NCBI RefSeq assembly: GCF_963921235.1
Contig: NC_086097.1
Coordinates: 12,214,001-12,278,000, forward strand
Reading direction: 5' to 3'
Origin: Mobula hypostoma
Taxonomy: Eukaryota
Length of the DNA stretch: 64,000 nucleotides
Position numbers and translations under genes: made by a program. The notes below the pieces were generated by a model. The model was not told where the DNA came from. It did not search any database and worked only from the letters and a program-made list of their open reading frames with translations. Below are positions 11,869-23,813 of this stretch, in pieces. Each line of letters begins with the position of its first letter. Within the stretch, counting starts at the first letter, position 1.

Positions 11869-11968
11869 AACGTACATCAAAGTTGCTGGTGAACGCAGCA
11901 GGCCAGGCAGCATCTCTAGGAAGAGGTACAGTCAATGTTTCAGGCCGAGACCCTTCGTCAGGACTAAC
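11869..11968 (-). mobile_element. Solo 100-bp PLE pseudo-LTR/HHR insertion with 11-bp TSD
   Basis: TCAGACATTGC at 11858-11868 and 11969-11979; insert has CTGACGA AGGGTCTCGGCCT GAAAC ATT GACTG (cleavage triplet mutated). Confidence 0.85.
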
Positions 11969-13877
11969 TCAGACATTGCCAGGGTTTCTCTTGCCAGCAT
12001 ACACCGTACAAATCTTTGGATCCTTCTTGATTGCCAATAGAGTGGTGCAAACCTTCCCTCTTTTCCCATCAGTACAATAAGAAGGTGTCCCCCTTGAGTA
12101 CCCCATCAGGAAGATTTCCAAGTCAAGCATCACTGAAGACAGCGAGCCTCAGTGAATTGTCTTTTCCAAGCTGTTGAAACTTCGAGACTACTTTTTCAGA
12201 TTGAATTCCGTGCACTACATTGTTTACCTCATGTAAAGTTTGTACTGCGGCATTTTTGTGCTGGATGCCAAGTTGCAGGCATCAAACATGATGTCAAGTC
12301 TACTCTGTCTTGCCACCCATAAAATTTGGCCTATCTTTGACCGAAGTTGCTCAGTTTCAACTTCACTGACAGGTGCATGCCGCTGTGTGGCACAAGAGGA
12401 TTCCATGTGGATGGTCTGAAGATTCCCGATGTAGCTTTCTTGGTGCAGTTGTACTGTTCCATCAACAGCAAGGAGGTCTACATAGTAGAATCATGTTCCT
12501 CCCCTCCAACCTGAACGGATGACTTTAGCTGAGGGATAACTGTTGTGGGAAAGTTTTGTGACCCTCCCCATATGAAGTCATTTACATGAGAGGCAAGAAT
12601 TCCAATCTCATGATATCCCGAATCTTGCCAGTAAAAATCAGCTGGATCCACTTGTGATCTTTCCACCTGTTTTCAACATTATCTCCTTGAGCTTTTTATA
12701 CCAGTAGAGTGATGCATACACACACTTTTGAGTTTCCACAGTGTTCCTTCATTTCTAACTTCAGCTGGGGGTGGGGGTGGGGGTAGTTAATAGAAGTGAC
12801 ACGTGATAGTTCCATTCCCTGTATGAATGCGGATTTTACGTCCATACAATGGGGTTGCTAATGCTTTTGACTTATCGTTGACAGAAGTAGTCGGAGAGAC
12901 CCTGACGAACATGCTGGTGAGTCTTTTCAGAGTTCTATGTTCAGTTTGTCGAAACCTCTAGCCACTCAACATGCTTTTGGTATAATTACTGGTCGGGATT
13001 CTTTCCGGGTGTTTACCCATCTTGAGGACACTGTCTTTTGGCCAATGTCCCTGCTTCCTCAAACACTCTATTATTTCTCCAACTTCTGATTTCATCCTGT
13101 TTTGCAGATTCAAATGACACCTCTTTAGTTACTAGGACACTTCATCTTGATACTTCTCAGAAGTTTCAGCCTGATCTATACTTGATTCAATATGAAGTCT
13201 GTCTACATTATGACATGTCGTCCGACCCTGCGGCACCAGTGACCGTGACTGGTTCTAGGTAATTCAACTTTTGTTTCTCCCAGTAGCTTTGCCTACTCAT
13301 CCTAAGGCTTCAGCTTTGCATAAGATACCAGAGTTTTGGTCCATAAATCTCACAGTTTGTCCTGTTTCAAGACTGAAACTTCCATGTTGTATTTGCAATA
13401 TAATTCCTGTTCAGGCAAGTCTGGTGTGTTCCCAACTGCAATCTCTTCAGCACTGTCTGTGCCACCATTGAGCAACTCTGGTGGGTCCTTAGCAGCACTC
13501 TCCTCATCCCTGTCTCTGCCGTGTGACCGGATGCTAGGTAAGTGCTTTTCATTTTTTGTCTCATTCTCTGTGGAGTTCTGAATGTCTTCCGTTTCTGCTT
13601 TACGTAACCTGGAATGATGCATTTTCACATATATACCTCCATGTTTCATGAACATCTCAACTCCATCCTGACCAATGACAACTCCAGGACCTTTCCATTC
13701 TGTATAGACTGCTCTTTTGTAATACACTTTGTCCTCTGTGTCATATTTGTCATTTGTAGGACGGACCTGTGCCCTCAGTGCTCTTCGACTTCTCTTTGAA
13801 CACTCTGCTTCAGTGAAAGCCTCCCTTGATACATGCAGTGCTGAAATATGTTTTCCAACCCACTCACTCCTTATAGT

Positions 13878-13971
13878 AACACGCACAACATGCTGGAGGA
13901 ACTCAGCAGGTCAGGCAGCATCCGTGGAAACGAACAGTCAACGTTTCAGGCCGAGATCCTTCGTCAGGACT
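13878..13971 (-). mobile_element. Solo ~95-bp PLE pseudo-LTR/HHR insertion (second subfamily) with 12-bp TSD
   Basis: ACTCCTTATAGT (13866-13877) and ACTCCTTGTAGT (13969-13980); minus strand AGTC CTGACGA AGGATCTCGGCCT GAAAC GTT GACTG. Confidence 0.82.
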
Positions 13972-15609
13972 CCTTGTAGTGCCCTCTAGAGCAGGTGGTC
14001 TGTCAACCAGTACAGAGGGAAGGTCTGGATTCTGACCAAACACCAACTGATACGGGCTATAGCCATGTATACTGTGCATGGGTATTCTTCACCATAAGGA
14101 CCCAGTCCAGGGCTGTGTTCCAGTCACAGTCATTGCTTTTCTTTATCTTCAGCATTATTTCAATAAGTGTCTGATTATGTCGCTCCAGAAGTCCATTACT
14201 CCAAGGACTATACGCTGCTGTTGTCTTTGTTTCAGTATTAAAGTCCTCTACCATATCTCTGAATTCATCATAATTAAAATTTCCGCCATTATCACTGAGT
14301 ATATTCCGAGGTGAGCCATGCACGCTTATCCAGGAATGGATGAAGTTTTTACTATCTCTGAGGGTCTCTTTGTATTTATGATGCTACCGGCACTGAAACG
14401 TGTGAACTCACCAATGACGTAGAGATACCACGATCCTTGCTCCAGTTCATGTAGGCCTATGGCTACTGTCTCATTGTTTTCAGATGCTAGTGGCAGACCA
14501 ACTGTAGGCTTGGGCTTTCCAAACTTTTGGCATGTCTCACAGTTGTCAATTATCTGCTTTCGAATGGAAAAATAATCTGCATCTTTGTTTCCTGAACTCC
14601 AGAGCAGTTTCTGAAGTCTGTCTATTGAAGTGTGTCCAAACTGCTTGTGAAGTTTGAGCAACATTTTGCATTCTCATTTATGGTCATGTTTTGTGTGACA
14701 TTTAGTGCTTCACTCTCACATTGGTTCTCAGTCGTGTCTTTATCTAGAATGTTCACACAGTAATGTCCAGAGCTGCTGAACTCAAGAGACACTGCCTCTT
14801 GAAACATCATTGCTTGGTCATTCTCCATATCCAGTACTGCTCCTGCTTTCTCTCAAGAGTAATGGAATGTTCACTGGTACCACCTCCATTTCAATGTAAC
14901 ATTTTGTTTGCCTTATTTTTGCAGGAAATATACTAATAAATACACTTGACTCTTTTTTTTTGAAGGAAGGATCGGATTTATGAGGCATATTCAGACTTTG
15001 ACAACATTTATAAAGACAACTCTAAAAATATGGCTGATTAATTTATTGATTTTGAACCAAATTACACTCTCGTACATAAATACAAAATGGAAACTTCCTG
15101 ACGCTGTATTAGCTTTTAAATTGTTTTATACTGCATGTCTAGACATAAAGGGCAGATGGCTAACATTAACAGTATGTACAGAACTTATATCCGCATATAT
15201 GAAGATTGTTGGAGAAAAGGCCTCTTAAGGCAACAGTCGGAATTAGTTTGAGTAAAGTCTTCCACAGAAATTCCCATCATGGTCTCTCTTGCTCTTTCCA
15301 AAAGCACCAGCGCATGCACCAATGTGCTAAGACTTGCTTCATCTTCTCCAGTTCCAGCACACGAGTCCACAATCCAGCTTTTCCAGCTTGCATAAGGCTT
15401 GCTCTCATCAAATGCTGGTGGGACCCTATAATTGGAAGCCATTCTCTGCTATCACTGCTAACGAGCAAACAACAAGGACACATTTTTCTTTTGTTTAAAT
15501 AACTTTACTTTCAATGTCTTCCTTCACTTCTTCCACAAGCACGCACACGCATAACAGGGAGAGTGTGCATGCGTACTAAATACATTACCCAAGTGAACGG
15601 AACTCAACA

Positions 15610-16315
15610 GACAAGAGGAACCCTATCCCTGGTCGGGTGGTCAGAGGATGGAGTGAGGGCAGACATGCGCTCAATGGAAGAGATGCGGTTGAGGGCAGTA
15701 TTGATGGTAGAAGAGGAGAAGCCCCTTTCTTTGAAGAAGGAGGACATCTCCTTCATTCTGGAATGAAAAGCCTCATCCTCAGAGCAGATACAGTGGAGAT
15801 GGAGGAATTGAGAGACGGGGATGGTGTTTTTACAAATAACAGGGTGGGAAGAGGTATAGTCCAGATAGCTGTGAGGGCCAGTGGGTTTATGATTGACATC
15901 AGTCGATAAGCTGCCTCCAGAGATAGAGACAGAGAGATCGAGAAAGAGGAGGGAGGTGTCAGTGTGGCCTCCTGTATATCGGTGAGACCCAACGTAGGTT
16001 GGAAGACCACTTCACCAAGCACCTACACTCCATCCGCCAGAAAAACTGTGATCTCCCACTGGCCACCCATTTTAATTCCACTTCCCATTCCCATACCAAC
16101 ATGTCAATCCATGGCCACTTCAACTGTCACAATGAGGCCACACTCAGATTGGAGGAGCAACAACTTATATTCTGTTTGTGTAGTCTCCAAGCTGATGGCA
16201 TGAACATTGATTTCTCAAACTTCTGGTAATGATCTCCCCTGCACCCTTCTTCAGATGCTACCTGACCTGCTGAGTATTTCCAGCATCTTCTCTGTTAATT
16301 TCACAGTTCCAGCGT
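15610..16315. mobile_element. PLE remainder: RT-thumb region on minus (15610-15961) joined to an inverted GIY-YIG/3' segment on plus (15962-16315)
   Basis: 15610-15961 is colinear with 29217-29567; ORF 15999-16229 ...LEEQQLIFCLCSLQADGMNIDFSNFW on the + strand. Confidence 0.85.
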
Positions 16316-16760
16316 CTTAAGTTTATTTAGCACTCTGGTTGACGTTGAACTTTACCAGATTAGTCAGGGTGTCTATCTTCTTCTCAAGCTTCATATTCAC
16401 AGATCATCACCAGTCTGGACATCTCCTGTGTGAAGTCAGCATCAAACATACCTCTCTCTCTCCCCCTCTCCTTTTTAATGGCCAGAGGGGCTGATGCTTC
16501 AGCAAGTTTTTAGTCCAGTCCATCATCATCCTCCTCATTCTCCTCTTAACTGTCCTCATAAACAACAGTAGGCAGAACACTTTCCTTTTCAACTTCTCCG
16601 TGCCTCCATTTAGGACTCCAGATGGTCTCTCAAGCCAAACAGTGAGGTATTGATGTTCTTTTCTGTGTATTCTCTGTATTCTGCTTATAGTACAAACTCC
16701 ACTATATTGGAGAAACAAGATACATCTATCTATCTATCGATCTACCTATCTATCAATCTA

Positions 16761-18318
16761 CAGTGTCTATAAAAGCTGTTCACCCACACCCACCTTGGAA
16801 GTTTTTCATGTTTCATTGATTTACAACGTTAAGTCACACTGGATTTAATTTGCCTTTTTTTTGACATTGATCAACAGAAAAAGACTCTTTCCTGTCAAAG
16901 TGAAAATAGATCTCTGCGAAGTGATCGAAATTAACCGCAAATATAAACACTAAATAATTGATTGCATAAGAATTCACCCTCCCTTTAATATGATGCACCA
17001 TATCCTCACTGGTGCAGCCAGTTGGCTTTAGGAATCACATAATTAGTTAAATGGAGATCTATTTTTGGAGACCTGTGTGCAGTTAAGGTATTTCAATGGA
17101 TTGTAGTGAAAATACACCTGCATCTGGAAGGTCCAACTGCTGGTGAGTCACTATCCTGGCAAAAACTACACCATGAAGGCAAAAGAACACTCCAAGCAAC
17201 TCCGCGATAAGGTTATTGAAAACCACAAGTCAGGAGATGGATACAAGAACATTTCCAAGTCACCGAATATTCCTTGGAGTACAGTTAAGTCAAGCATCAA
17301 AAAATGGAAAGAATATTGCACACTGTACATCTGCCTAGAGCAGACAGTCCTCAAAAACTGAGTGACCGTGCAAGAAGGGGACTGGTGAGGGAGACCACAT
17401 ATGACAACCCTGGAGGAGTTAAAAGCTTCAGTGGCTGAGATGGGTGAGACTACAGATACAACAGTTGCCCGGGTGTGTCACCAGTCACAGCTTTATGGAA
17501 CACTGTCAAAGAGAAAGCCACAGTTCAAAATAACTCCCATGAAATCTTGGCTAGAGTTTACCAGAGGCACGTGGAAGACTCTGAAGTCAGCTGGAAGAAG
17601 GTTCTATGGTTGGATAAAATGCTATGTTTGGCATAAACCAAACACCACGCATCATCAAAAACACACCATCACTTAGTGAAACACGGAGGTGGCTGCATCA
17701 TGCTGTGGGGATACTTCACTGCAGCAGGCCCTGGAAGGCTTCTGAAGGTAGAGGGTAAAGTGAATACAGCAAAATAAAGGGAAATCCTTCAGGAAAGCCT
17801 GATGCAGTATGCAAGAGATCTGCAAATTGGGAGAAGATTTGTTTTCCGGCAAGACAATGGTCCCAAGCATAATGCCAAAACTACGTAGGAATGACTTAAA
17901 AATAACAAAGTTAGTGTTCTGGAGTGTCTATGTCAGAGTTCAGATCTCAATCCAATTGAGAATTTGTGGCTGGGCTGTAAAAAGCCTGTTCACTGACAAT
18001 CCCCATGCAATCTGACAGAGCTTGAGCAGTTTTGTAAAGAAGAATGGGGAGAAATTGCAGTGCCCAGATTTCCAAAGCTGATAGACCTATCCACATAGAA
18101 TCAAGGTTGTAATTGCTGCCAAAGGTGCATCTACTAAATACTGACTTGAAGGGGGTGAATACTTATGCAATCAATTATTTTGTGTTTAATATTTTTAATT
18201 AACTTAGATCACTTTGTACAGATTTGCTTTCACTTTGACACAAATGAGTCTTTTTCTGTTGATCTGTATCAAAAAAAGCCAAATTAAATCCACTGTGATT
18301 GAATTTTTATAGACACTG
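16761..18318 (+). mobile_element. Tc1/mariner DNA transposon, IR/DR type (Passport-like), decayed
   Basis: TA-CAGTGTCTATAAAA...TTTTATAGACACTG-TA; long imperfect TIRs (about 16761-16985 and 18147-18318); inserted in a (TCTA)n microsatellite. Confidence 0.92.
17173..18144 (+). pseudogene. Tc1 transposase pseudogene (frameshifts, stops, deletion)
   Basis: MKAKEHSKQLRDKVIENHKSGDGYKNISK...STVKSSIKKWKEY; VKHGGGCIMLWGYF; FRQDNGPKH; SSDLNPIENLW; ends AAKGASTKY*. Confidence 0.88.
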
Positions 18319-18442
18319 TATCTACCTATCCATCCATCTATCTATCCACCTATCAAGCTATTTATTTATTTGGAGGTACAGCCCAACGAGCTGCGCCACC
18401 CAGCAACCCACCTATTTAACACTAGCCTAAACACAGGACTTA

Positions 18443-18825
18443 AACTACACCACTCTCTGCAGAGTCCTACGATTGAGGGAAGTATAGTTCCCATACCAGG
18501 CAGTGATGCAGCCAGTCAGGATGCTCTCAATTGTGCCCCTGTAGAAAGTCCTTAGGATTTGGGGATCCATACCAAACTTCCTCAACCGTCTGAGGTGAAA
18601 GAGGCGCTGTTGTGCCTTTTTCACCACACAGCTAGTATGTACAGACCACGTGAGATCCTTGGTGATGTTTATGCTGAGGAACTTAAAGCTGTTCACCCTC
18701 TCAACCCCATATCTATTGATGTCAATCGGAGTTAGCCTGTCTCCATTCCTCCTGTGGTCCACAACCAGCTCCTTTGTTTTTACGACATTGAGGGAGAGGT
18801 TATTTTCTTGACACCACTGTGTCAG
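18443..18825 (-). mobile_element. Rex1/Babar-type LINE RT C-terminal fragment
   Basis: VERVNSFKFL..ITKDLTWS.HT..VVKKAQQRLFHLRRLRKFGM..RTFYRGTIESILTGCITAWYG. Confidence 0.85.
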
Positions 18826-18984
18826 TTGAAATCAATGTCTTAATATATAAGAGCTAAATACATACTGAGGTTTAATAAATACAGAATAGACTCAGAAAGG
18901 TCCATAACAGACACAGCTCTCCCTGCCATTGAGGACATCCTCAAGAAATGGCATCCATCATTAACTGGGGGTAGAGTGGAGATA

Positions 18985-19340
18985 GGGGTGACAGGGTGGA
19001 GATATATCTCTGTCAAAGGAGATGGAAGGTGCTCCATCCTTCCGCTAGCCTGCAGGTCTTCCTTGGGCAAGGTGTAGCACCTGCTTAGCACTCCCGTCAG
19101 GGTTACATGATACCATGGGGGCAGGTGGTCCATATCGTAAGTTTTGGTTATGCGACCACTGACGCCAGGCAGACAAACTCTGAAGGGTGTTGATAATGGC
19201 TGGGTTCTCCCATCTTGTAACAACACTGTCCAGAGGAAGGCAATGAGAAACACTTCTGCAAAAAAAAATTTGCTAAGGACAGTCATGGTGATGGGAAGGC
19301 CATGATCTCCTACATCATACAATACAGCTCATAATGAACA
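18985..19340 (+). mobile_element. About 400-bp RTE-tailed non-autonomous repeat inserted in a Rex1 relic
   Basis: Reverse complement of the copies at 36015-36412 and 48640-49006. Confidence 0.75.
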
Positions 19341-19502
19341 AACTTTACAGGACAAGCCCTCTTCTCATTACTATCAATGGGGGGAGGTACAGGAGCCTGA
19401 AGATCTACACTCAACAATTCAGGAACAGCTTTTTCCCCTCTACCATCAGATTGTTGAATGGTCCATGAATGCTACCTTATTATTCCTTTCCTTTTGACAT
19501 TA

Positions 19503-20157
19503 GTGGATCTGGGGTTGAGAGGGTGAACAGCTTTAAGTTCCTCAGCATAAACATCACTGAGGAGCTCATGTGATCTCTACATACCGGCTGTGTGGTGAAA
19601 AAGGCACAACAGCACCTCTTTCACCTCAGACAGTTGAAAAACTTTGGTATGAGCCCCCAAATCCTAAGAACTTTCTACAGGGGCACAATTGAGAGCATCC
19701 TGACTGGCTGCATCACTGCCTGGTATGGGAACTGTACTTCCCTCAATAGCAGGACTCTGCAGAGAGTGGTGCAGACAGTCCAGCGCATCTGTAGATGTGA
19801 ACTTCCCACTATTAAGGACATTTACAAAGACAAGTGTGTAAAAAGGGCCCGAAGGAACATTAGGGATCCGAGTCCCCCAACCACAAACTGTTCCATCTGC
19901 TACCATCTGGGAAACCGTACCGCAGCATAAAAGCCAGGACCAACAGGCTCTGGGACAGCTTCTTCCACCAGGCCATCAGACTGATTAATTCATACTGATA
20001 CAGCTGTATTTCAATGTTATATTGACTATCCTGTTGTACATAATATTTATTATAAATTACTATAAATTGCACATTGCACATTTAGATGGAGACGTAGCGT
20101 AAAAATTTTTACTCCTCATGAATTTGAAGGATGTAAGTAATGAAGTCAATTCAATTC
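19503..20157 (+). mobile_element. Rex1/Babar-type LINE 3' end
   Basis: ORF 19592-19930 VKKAQQHLFHLRQLKNFGMSPQILRTFYRGTIESILTGCITAWYG, then RYRSIKARTNRL..SFFHQAIRL-like sequence and a (CAATT)n tail. Confidence 0.85.
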
Positions 20158-20309
20158 TTTGATTATTTTAATTATTTTGCAATTTCATTGTAATTTTATG
20201 TTGTTGTCCTATATTGCTATCACCAAATAACAACTTCCACATCATACAAGACAGTGATAATAAACCTAACTCTCAATGCTGATCTTCTCACTCAAAATTA
20301 CTCTATTAT

Positions 20310-20475
20310 GTGCACATGGATTTCCTCCAGGTCCTCCCACAGTCCAACGATGTACTAGTTATTGGTTAATTGTCCTGTGATTAGGCTAGGGTTAAATCGG
20401 TCAGGTTGCTGGGTGGCGTGGCTTGGTGAAGCGGAAGGACCTGTTCTATACCATTTATCTGAATAAATTAATAAA
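20310..20475 (+). mobile_element. V-SINE fragment
   Basis: CTCCCACAGTCCAACGATGTAC...GTCCTGTGATTAGGCTAGGGTTAAAT. Confidence 0.7.
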
Positions 20476-20625
20476 TATACAGGCTTCCCCTCGACGACTG
20501 TGGTCCGATATCACAGGAATCAAATGAACAAAGCTTCTTTCAAAACAGCTCTTAACACAAGGGGATTAGAAACCCACGGCTCCTATCCAAGATTATCAGA
20601 CAGATAATTTGCACAAACAGGCGAA

Positions 20626-20765
20626 GGGAAAAGCAGATGGAGTAAACTGCTCCCTCTTTTACTTTATTTGCCACATTAGTCATCTTGAGCCAAGCCAAGG
20701 CAGGCTAAGGGAAAAGCAGATGGAGAGAACTGCTCCCTCATTTGCCACATTAGCCATCTTGAGCC
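20626..20765 (+). repeat. Local direct duplication (two ~60-bp copies, 83-bp spacing)
   Basis: GGGAAAAGCAGATGGAG..AACTGCTCCCTC...ATTTGCCACATTAG.CATCTTGAGCCA occurs twice. Confidence 0.85.
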
Positions 20766-20989
20766 AGTTGTAAATTTAGTGCCAATTTAGACATGAATTA
20801 TGGATAGCTGGTATAGTGAACTCATGGCCACCAGCAAATGTGTTAAAACCTCTTACATTGCAAAAGAGGGCACTTTTATCATACCATCTTGGGTTTGGTT
20901 CAAAGCTGCTCCAAGGCTGGTGCAGGATTTGGTAAGAATGTCATAATGATGATGGGCAATACCATTGACACATCCTTGATTTTTAAAAA

Positions 20990-21215
20990 CTTATTTAGAG
21001 ATATAGCATGGTTACAGACCGCTCAGGCCCAACAAGCCTGCACCACCCATGTGACCATGTGACTAATTAACCTACTAACTGGTACATCTTTGGAACGTGG
21101 GAGGAAACCGGAACATCCAGAGGAAACCCTTGTGGTCACAGGGAGAATGTACGAACTCCTTACAGACCGTGGCGCCGTAACAGCATTACGCTAACCGCCA
21201 TGTTACCGTGTCACC
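20990..21215 (-). mobile_element. V-SINE
   Basis: CTTTGGAACGTGGGAGGAAACCGGAACATCCAGAGGAAACCC. Confidence 0.75.
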
Positions 21216-22701
21216 ATGTAATCATCTTTCAAAAACAATCTCAACACAGTAAAATATGTAATTATGATCACTAATGGAAAAAAATAGTACGTTAAAAGTC
21301 AGGGTGTTTTTCCTTGTTAAAGCCTCACAATAAGTACTGATGAACTCAAAGAGCATCCATTTAAATTGGAAGGATTCATACTGAGGTCGGATTGGAATTT
21401 CATTTGAAAAAGAAGATTTTGAAATATATTGAAAGATTTTGAAACATTGAGAGTTGATATTACCTTTAACTTTGAACTTTGATGTAATATTATGCGTGAC
21501 ACAACTGAACTAGTATATTTTGACACTGTTTCACTGACTGCTGGTAGAATGTGTTCGGCAGCATTGAAAAAGAGTATATCGAACAAAAAACTGAACATTA
21601 CAATTAATTATTGTCCTCATGTCTCTTTCTGAATATCTCAAATGCCCTTTGAAGCCAATAGAGTATGTTTGAACTGCAGTCACTGTGACAACCAATTTGT
21701 GCACAGTGTTCCTCTAGCAGGAATTATAGAATGTAGAATAAAGCAATCTGTTTGGTATTAGTATTGGTTCATTATTGTCACATGTAGTAAAACAGAACGA
21801 AGAGCTTTCACTTCGCATGCCAGCCAGCCAGATTCTGCCATACAGAAGTGCATTGGTGTACTAAAAATAAAGTGGAATGCAGGATATGCAGTATCTGCAG
21901 CAGCCGCTGCAGAGAAATTGCAGTTCAGGTAGACAAATAAAGATACTAGAGCCACAACAAGGTAGATTGGGAAATGAAGAATTCAAGACCGTATCTTCGA
22001 GAGTATGAGCGTTCTGCTCTACAGACTGATAACAGTGGGATTGAAGCTGTCGTTGAGCCTAGTGGTTATGGATATCAGGCTTCTATATCTTCTGTCCAGT
22101 GGGAGAGGGATAAGAGAGACAGACCTGGGTGGGAATGGTCCTTTGTTATGTTGCCTGATTTTCCTCGGCAGGGAAGTGTATGATAGGAGGTTGGTTTCAT
22201 CTATGGCTAAAGTAATTTCTCCACTGTTGCTGCTTCCCTCCATTCTTTGAATCTGTTTTAGAAATGCAGGTTAATGGATAAATATTGGCCATAACTCCTA
22301 GAGTTACTCTCCTGCTTCTCTTCAAAATTGTTCTGTGGCACTGTTTTAATACATCCATCTACAAAGGCAGCAAAGGCCTTGCCTAATTGTCCCTCACCAA
22401 AGACAGTATCTATGACAGTGTGGCACTCCTCGGAAAGTCTGTTTAGATTCACAGGTCACTGATGTGGCTTTTAAAGCTGTAACCTTGAATGACACAAAAG
22501 AGTTCCTACCGATTCAACAAGCATTGACACATTTTGTGCAATGACCAGACTCCATCCCTCAGTATGACATGAATAATTTGGATGCCTTGGCTCTTTTCAA
22601 TCCTTTAGCTTTGTGTTTCAAGACTGGTGCTAAAATTAGGTGTTATCTGCTTGCTAGAGATTACAGAACATAGAATAGTAGAATTAAAGGTAACCGAGCA
22701 C

Positions 22702-22990
22702 TGGGGTGCCACGGTAGCGTAGTGGTTAGCGCAATGCTATTACAGCTTGGAGTGTTCCAGAGTTCTGAGTTTAATTCCAGTGCCATCTGTAAGGAGATTG
22801 TACGTACTCCCATGAGTAGCGTGAGTTTCCTCCGGGTGCTCCGGTTTCCTCCCACTGTCCAAAGACGTACCGGTTGCTAGGTTAATTGGTCTTTGTAAAT
22901 TGTCCTTTCATTAGGCTGGGGTTAAATAGGTTGCTGGGTAGCATGGTTCGTTGGGCTGGAAGGTACCATCTGTCCGGTATCTCTAAATGA
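22702..22990 (+). mobile_element. Full-length V-SINE with tRNA-like head
   Basis: A box TAGCGTAGTGG, B-box-like GTTTAATTCC, V-domain TTTCCTCCGGGTGCTCCGGTTTCCTCCCACTGTCCAAAGACGT. Confidence 0.85.
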
Positions 22991-23199
22991 AGGCAGAGCA
23001 CGGGAGTTTTCCTGGGTAATATTCATGCCTCAACAACGTCACTGAGAAAGAACACATTATCTTATAATTAATGCGGTGCTATGCCCAGACTTACAAAAAT
23101 ATTTCATTGGCTCTTAAGATATGTAGACTGTCTTGAAGTTTGAAAAAAACACATTGGTGCAGAGCTGCATTATTATTGTTTATTGTTTTTATTATCTGC

Positions 23200-23813
23200 A
23201 CTGCGACGGACAGGAAGGCTCTCTACACGGGTAGCCAAAACTGCCCAACGCATCACCTACACCAGTCTACCCACCATCAAGGACATATACGCAGACAGTT
23301 GCCAGCCACCCTGATGACGGATCCCACCCATCCTGTTCATGGACTGTTAGTCCCACTCCATGCCAGGACCACCACACTCCAAAACAGTTACTTTCCCCAA
23401 GCGGTAAAGCTGATTGACACCTCCACCCACTAATCCACCACTCATCACCTCCCCACCACCACTAATTTATTATTTTCTGGCAGAGTCACCTGATGTACAA
23501 TAATTTACTTTATTGTCGCCAAACAATTGATACTAGAACCTACAATCATCACAGTGATAATTGATTCTGCGCATTCCGCTCCCTGGATTACAAATCGATA
23601 GTAAATATTAAAAATTTAAATTATAAATCATAAATAGAAGATAGAAAAGGGAAAGTAAGGTAGTGCAAAAAAAAACCGAGAGGCAGGTCCGGATATTTGG
23701 AGGGTACAGCCCAGATCCGGGTCAGGATCCGTTCAGCAGTCTCATCACAGTTGGAAAGAGGCTGTTCCCAAATCTGGCCGTACGAGTCTTCAAGCTCCTG
23801 AGCCTTCTCCCGG
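23200..23813. mobile_element. Rex1-type 3' relic on plus (23200-23470) followed by a younger Rex1-type 3' end on minus (23497-23813)
   Basis: DPTHPVHGL...RTTTLQNSYFPQAVKLI on +; RRLRSLKTRTARFGNSLFPTVMRLLN on -. Confidence 0.7.

Larger units (their letters stand above)
11273..15609 (-). mobile_element. Decayed Ty1/Copia LTR retrotransposon, GalEa-like
   Basis: Direct repeats at about 11273-11440 and 15483-15608 (LTRs); purine tract AAAAGGATGGGAGA before the 3' LTR; PBS-like TGATAGCAGAG before gag ATG (MASNYRVPPAFDESKPY); order gag-PR-IN-RT-RH with KLHKQFGH..CETC, SDNGG..YSPWSNGLLERHN, KAC*VARGF, ASHVNDF, SRLDI, QLADCLTK. Confidence 0.88.

Noticed and set aside
21317..21598. 93-aa minus-strand ORF in unique AT-rich DNA
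   Set aside because: No recognisable domain or splice support; the length is compatible with chance.
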